Source: Candidatus Eiseniibacteriota bacterium (GTDB taxonomy: Bacteria > Eisenbacteria > RBG-16-71-46). From it: 10,523 bases of DNA. The position numbers and the translations under genes are program-made. The stretch is taken from NCBI GenBank assembly GCA_044222065.1, contig JBGAOA010000013.1:56524-67046 (forward strand), in the 5' to 3' direction. The notes under the pieces are model-generated. The model searched no databases. It was not told the origin of the DNA and worked only from the letters and a program-made list of their open reading frames with translations. Of the stretch, positions 6,986 through 10,523 are shown piece after piece; the stretch's first letter is position 1; every line of letters starts with the position of its first letter.

Positions 6986-8014
6986 CGCGACGACTATCTG
7001 TGGGACCGCTCGGGCGAACCCGACCCCGAGGTCGCGAAATCGAGGCGGCGCTCGCGCCGCTCGCGGACGCCGGCGCCCCGCTCGACCTCGAGGCCGCGCG
7101 CGCGCGGGACGCGATGCGCGCGGCAGGCGCCGGCGCCGCGCGCGCCGCGCCGTGCCGCGTGGCTCGTGCCCGCGCTCGCCGCGGTGGGCTTCGTCGCCGC
7201 GACCGCGTGGTACCTGGGCCGCGGCGACTCGGCGGGCTACGCCGTCGAAGCGCTCGACGGCGCGCCGACGATCGCGAACGCGCCGCTCGGCGCGAACGGC
7301 CGGCTGCGGCCGGGCGAACGACTCGTCACCGACGGTGCGTCGCGTGCGCGCGTACGCGTCGGCGGCATCGGCTTCGCCGAGATCGAACCCGGCTCGCGGC
7401 TCCGGCTCGTGCGCACGGGCGGCGAGGAGCACCGGCTCGCGCTCGAACGCGGCGCGCTGCACGCCGTGATCGTCGCGCCGCCGCGGCGCTTCTTCGTCGA
7501 GACGCCGTCGGCGACGGCCGTGGACCTCGGCTGCGCCTACCGGCTCGAGGTGGACGCGGCGGGCCGCGGGCTCGTGCGCGTGACGTCCGGCTGGGTGAGC
7601 TTCGAGTGGCGCGGCCACGAGGCGTTCATCCCCGCGGGTTCGGGCTGCGAGACGCGCCCCGGCGCGGGGCCCGGCACGCCGTGGCGCGACGAGGCGCCCG
7701 AACGCTGGCGCGCCGCGCTCGCCGCGGTGGATTTCGAGGGCGACCGCGGCGCTGCGCTCGACACCGTGCTCGCCGGCGCCTCGCGCGCCGACGCGCTCAC
7801 GCTGTGGCACCTGCTCGCGCGGCTCACGGGCGGGGCGCGCGCGCGCGTCGTCGACCGGCTCGCGCTGCTCGCGCCGATACCGGCGGGCGTGACGCGCGCG
7901 GCGATCCTCGAGGGCGACCGCCGCGCGCTCGACCGCTGGTGGGAGGCGCTCGGCTACGGCGACGTCGAGTGGTGGCGGATGTGGCAGCGCTCGTGGGGCG
8001 AGCCGCGGAGCTGA
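6982..8014 (+). CDS. FecR-like transmembrane anti-sigma factor (5' part disrupted by apparent frameshifts)
   Basis: ATG 6982 overlaps the sigma TGA (ATGA), with GGGAG at 6970-6974. N-terminal DDYLWDRSGEPDPEV / EIEAALAPL; TM helix WLVPALAAVGFVAATAWYL. FecR-like beta domain: LVTDGASRARVRV..IEPGSRLRL..LALERGALHA..FFVETPSATAVDLGCAYRLEV..VRVTSGWVSF. Helical C-terminal domain. The intact ORF is 7166-8014. Confidence 0.8.
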
Positions 8015-8025
8015 GGCCGCGTTGC

Positions 8026-8057
8026 TAACGGTTCGCCGGTGCGGCGCGTCCTTCCCG
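8026..8057 (+). promoter_or_regulatory. Second copy of the ECF promoter motif, upstream of the secreted protein gene
   Basis: TAACGGTTCgccggtgcggCGCGTCCTTCCCG has the same two blocks and the same 17-nt spacer as 6381-6412. Confidence 0.8.
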
Positions 8058-8123
8058 GCAACCGCGCCGCGAGGCGCTTCGCTCACCCCGCGGGCTCGCG
8101 CCCGCGCACCGAGGAGGTTCGCC

Positions 8124-8513
8124 GTGAAGCTCCGTTCCGCGCTCGCCACGATCGCGCTGCTCGCCCTCGCCGCTCCGTCGTTCGCCGGCGGCCACGCCAC
8201 GATCCGCGTGGGCGCGCTGCCCACGCCGCTCGTCGCCGGCCGCGACGTGCCGGTGACGTTCACGGTGCACGACGCGGTGTCGTCTCCGCTCAACGACCTC
8301 AAGCCCGTGCTCGTGCTCCAGTCGGGCGCGCGCACGGTGAAGCTCGGCGCGCGGCGCGCGAAGGCGGCGGGCGCGTACGAAGCGCGCGTGAAGTTCCCCG
8401 CGGCCGGCGAGTGGACGCTCACCGTGGAGAGCGGCTACTGCGGGAACACCGCCGTCGTGCGCGGCCTCGCGGTCGCGGACGAGAAGGTGGCGGCGAAGTC
8501 GGCGTCGCGCTGA
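8124..8513 (+). CDS. Small secreted YtkA/FixH-like Ig-fold protein (129 aa)
   Basis: RBS GAGGAGGT at 8111-8118 and GTG at 8124. Sec signal peptide MKLRSALATIALLALAAPSFA. Beta-rich body with GAYEARVKFPAAGEWTLTV. Confidence 0.75.
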   Translation: MKLRSALATIALLALAAPSFAGGHATIRVGALPTPLVAGRDVPVTFTVHDAVSSPLNDLKPVLVLQSGARTVKLGARRAKAAGAYEARVKFPAAGEWTLTVESGYCGNTAVVRGLAVADEKVAAKSASR

Positions 8514-8521
8514 CGCGCGAA

Positions 8522-8563
8522 CGCACGGGCGCGCGGCGGAAGGTCTCGCCGCGCGCCCGTGCG
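8522..8563. terminator. Perfect 17-bp hairpin between convergent genes; probable bidirectional terminator
   Basis: CGCACGGGCGCGCGGCG-gaaggtct-CGCCGCGCGCCCGTGCG lies between the stop codons at 8513 and 8571. There is no U-tract on either strand. Confidence 0.7.
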
Positions 8564-8570
8564 GCGCCCC

Positions 8571-9467
8571 TCAGTTCACGTCCCGCCGGTCCTGGGGATC
8601 GAGCGCGTCGCGCAGTCCGTCGCCGAGGAAGTTGAACGCGAGCAGCGTCAGCGACAGCGCGAAGCCGGGGAACACGACGAGCCACGGGAACAGCGCGAGC
8701 ACGCGCGAGCCATCCGAGACGAGCGTGCCCCACGAGGCGGCGGGCGGCTGCACGCCGAGGCCGAGGAAGCTCAGGAACGCCTCCTGCAGGATCACGGCGG
8801 GCACGGTGAGCGTCGTGTACACGATCACGGGGCCGAGCGTGTTCGGCACGATGTGGCGGAACACGATGCCGGCGTCGCTCACGCCGAGCGCGCGCGCGGC
8901 CTCGACGAACGTCTGCTGCTTCAGGCTCAGCACCTGCCCGCGCACGATGCGCGCCATCGTCAGCCACTGCACGAGCCCGAGCGCGACGAACAGCATGACG
9001 AGGCTGCGCGAGAAGAACACGAGCAGCAGGATGACGAGGAAGATGTAGGGCAGCGAGTACAGCACGTCCACGACGCGCATCATCGCCTCGTCGGTCTTGC
9101 CGCCGCGGTAGCCCGCGATCGCGCCCCACGACACGCCGATCACGATGCTCACGAGCGTCGCGACGACGCCGACGAGCATCGAGATGCGCCCGCCGTACAC
9201 GACGCGCGCGAACAGGTCGCGGCCGAGGTCGTCGGTGCCGAACCAGTGCGCGGCCGACGGCGGCACGGCGCCGAGCGACAGGTCCTGCGCGGTCGGATCG
9301 GGAAACCCGGGAATCCACGGCGCCGCGAACGAGAACAGCGTCATCACGGCGAGGAACGCGCCCGCGGCGACGGCGGCGCGGTTGCGCGCGAGCCGCCGCC
9401 ACGCGTCGGACCACAGGCTGCGCGGCGGCCCCGCGAGCGCTTCACCGGCCGCGAGCGCCGCGCTCAC
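8571..9467 (-). CDS. oppC: Oligopeptide ABC transporter permease OppC (298 aa)
   Basis: GTG 9467 overlaps the oppB TGA. Motifs: SLWSDAWRRLARNR, HWFGTDDLGRD, EAA loop FVEAARALG, EAFLSFLGLG, NFLGDGLRDALDP. Confidence 0.93.
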   Translation of the reverse strand: MSAALAAGEALAGPPRSLWSDAWRRLARNRAAVAAGAFLAVMTLFSFAAPWIPGFPDPTAQDLSLGAVPPSAAHWFGTDDLGRDLFARVVYGGRISMLVGVVATLVSIVIGVSWGAIAGYRGGKTDEAMMRVVDVLYSLPYIFLVILLLVFFSRSLVMLFVALGLVQWLTMARIVRGQVLSLKQQTFVEAARALGVSDAGIVFRHIVPNTLGPVIVYTTLTVPAVILQEAFLSFLGLGVQPPAASWGTLVSDGSRVLALFPWLVVFPGFALSLTLLAFNFLGDGLRDALDPQDRRDVN

Positions 9468-10381
9468 TTCAGCTCCACGCGCGGATCGAGCAGCGGGTAG
9501 GCGAGATCGATCAGCAGGTTGAGGGTCATCAGGAACGCGGCGTAGAACAGCACTTCGCCGAGCACGAGCGTGTAGTCGCGGTTGAACGCGGCGTTCACGA
9601 GATAGCGGCCGAGTCCCGGCACGCCGAAGATGCTCTCGACCACGATCGAGCCCATCACGATGCGCGCGGCGGCGGGCCCGAGGTACGACACGACGGGCAG
9701 GATGCCGAGCTTCAGAGCGTGCTTGAACACGACGACGCGCTCGGACAGCCCCTTCGCGCGCGCCGTGCGGATGTAGTCCTGCCGCAGCACCTCGAGCATG
9801 CCCGCGCGCGTGAGCCGCGCGATGTACGCGACGTACGCGGTCGCGAGCGTCAGCACCGGCAGCACGCGGCTCGACGGTCCGGTCCACAGCGCCGGTGGCA
9901 GCAGGTAGAACGTGAGCGCGAACGCGAGCACGAGCACGGGCCCGAGCACGAAGTTCGGCACGGACACGCCGGCGAGCGCGACGCCCATCGCGGCGAAGTC
10001 CGCGGAGCGGTTCTGCTTGAGCGCCGCGAGCACGCCGATCGGCACGCCGACCACGAGCGCCAGCAGCAGCGACCAGCCGCCGAGTTCCACGGACACCGAC
10101 AGTCCCTCGCGCAGGATCTCGCGCACCGGGCGCCCCGGGTAGCGGTAGGAGGGGCCGAAGTCGAAGCGCGCCGCGTTCCACAGGAAACGGCCGTACTGCT
10201 CGATCAGCGGGCGGTCGAGGCCGTACTGGTGCAGGAGCTGCTGCTTCGCCGCCGCCGGGATTTCGCGTTCGGCGAGGAACGGCCCGCCGGGCGCCGTGCG
10301 GATCAGGAAGAACGTCAGCGTGCCGATGATCCACAGCGTCGGCACGAACAGCAGCAGCCGCCGGACGACGAAGCCGATCAT
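9464..10381 (-). CDS. oppB: Oligopeptide ABC transporter permease OppB (305 aa)
   Basis: Motifs: APGGPF, YGLDRPL..QY, DFGPS, DYIRTARAKGL, VESIFGVPGLG, RDY, LLDPRV. Confidence 0.93.
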   Translation of the reverse strand: MIGFVVRRLLLFVPTLWIIGTLTFFLIRTAPGGPFLAEREIPAAAKQQLLHQYGLDRPLIEQYGRFLWNAARFDFGPSYRYPGRPVREILREGLSVSVELGGWSLLLALVVGVPIGVLAALKQNRSADFAAMGVALAGVSVPNFVLGPVLVLAFALTFYLLPPALWTGPSSRVLPVLTLATAYVAYIARLTRAGMLEVLRQDYIRTARAKGLSERVVVFKHALKLGILPVVSYLGPAAARIVMGSIVVESIFGVPGLGRYLVNAAFNRDYTLVLGEVLFYAAFLMTLNLLIDLAYPLLDPRVELK

Positions 10382-10523
10382 CGCGCGCCCTCGCGCCCGA
10401 GCGCGGCGGCGGGCGCCGCGGCGAGCGCGGGCGGGAGCGCGCCGCGCGCCGCCGCCGGGCGCGGCGCGTTCACGCCGTGCGGATCGATCGAGACGCCGGT
10501 GAGCGGGTGGATGTCGAGCGCCG
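10378..10523 (-). CDS. oppA: C-terminus of probable peptide ABC transporter substrate-binding protein OppA (5' truncated)
   Basis: The minus frame from 10521 reads ALDIHPLTGVSIDPHGVNAPRPAAARGALPPALAAAPAAALGREGAR-TGA, with the TGA overlapping the oppB ATG (ATGA). LDxHPL..V.ID resembles OppA C-termini. Confidence 0.65.
   Translation of the reverse strand, partial: ALDIHPLTGVSIDPHGVNAPRPAAARGALPPALAAAPAAALGREGAR

Noticed and set aside
5971..8028. 685-aa ORF suggesting a giant sigma factor with long extensions
   Set aside because: The N-terminal part is a shadow of the oxidoreductase. The Arg-rich C-terminal part is out-of-frame read-through caused by the apparent frameshift at about 6961.
8571..10334. 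587-aa OppC with a long N-terminal extension
   Set aside because: The extension is an alternative frame of oppB. The true start is GTG 9467, which overlaps the oppB stop.

Overview
Very GC-rich bacterial chromosomal window with no mobile element, CRISPR array or RNA gene that I can support. Gene order: the 3' end of a HEAT-repeat protein and a stand-alone cNMP-binding-domain protein (+); a coupled SAM methyltransferase and MATE/ANKH-like transporter pair (-); a divergent TPR/CsgG-like lipoprotein, an AIF/ferredoxin-reductase-type FAD oxidoreductase, an ECF sigma factor, a FecR-like anti-sigma factor and a small secreted YtkA/FixH-like protein (+); a strong hairpin; and the oppC, oppB and oppA-3'-end genes of a peptide ABC transporter (-). 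The best signal is a small ECF module. A 32-bp motif (TAACGGTTC-N10-CGCGTCCTTCCCG, i.e. TAAC-N17-CGTC) occurs twice, before the sigma gene and before the secreted protein, which predicts both the promoter and a target of this sigma factor. The target's predicted mature N-terminus is Gly-Gly-His (ATCUN-like), and the anti-sigma has Gly-Cys where FecR proteins have the Gly-Thr self-cleavage site. The sigma/anti-sigma junction (6961-7125) has about four clustered frameshifts, most likely sequencing errors.
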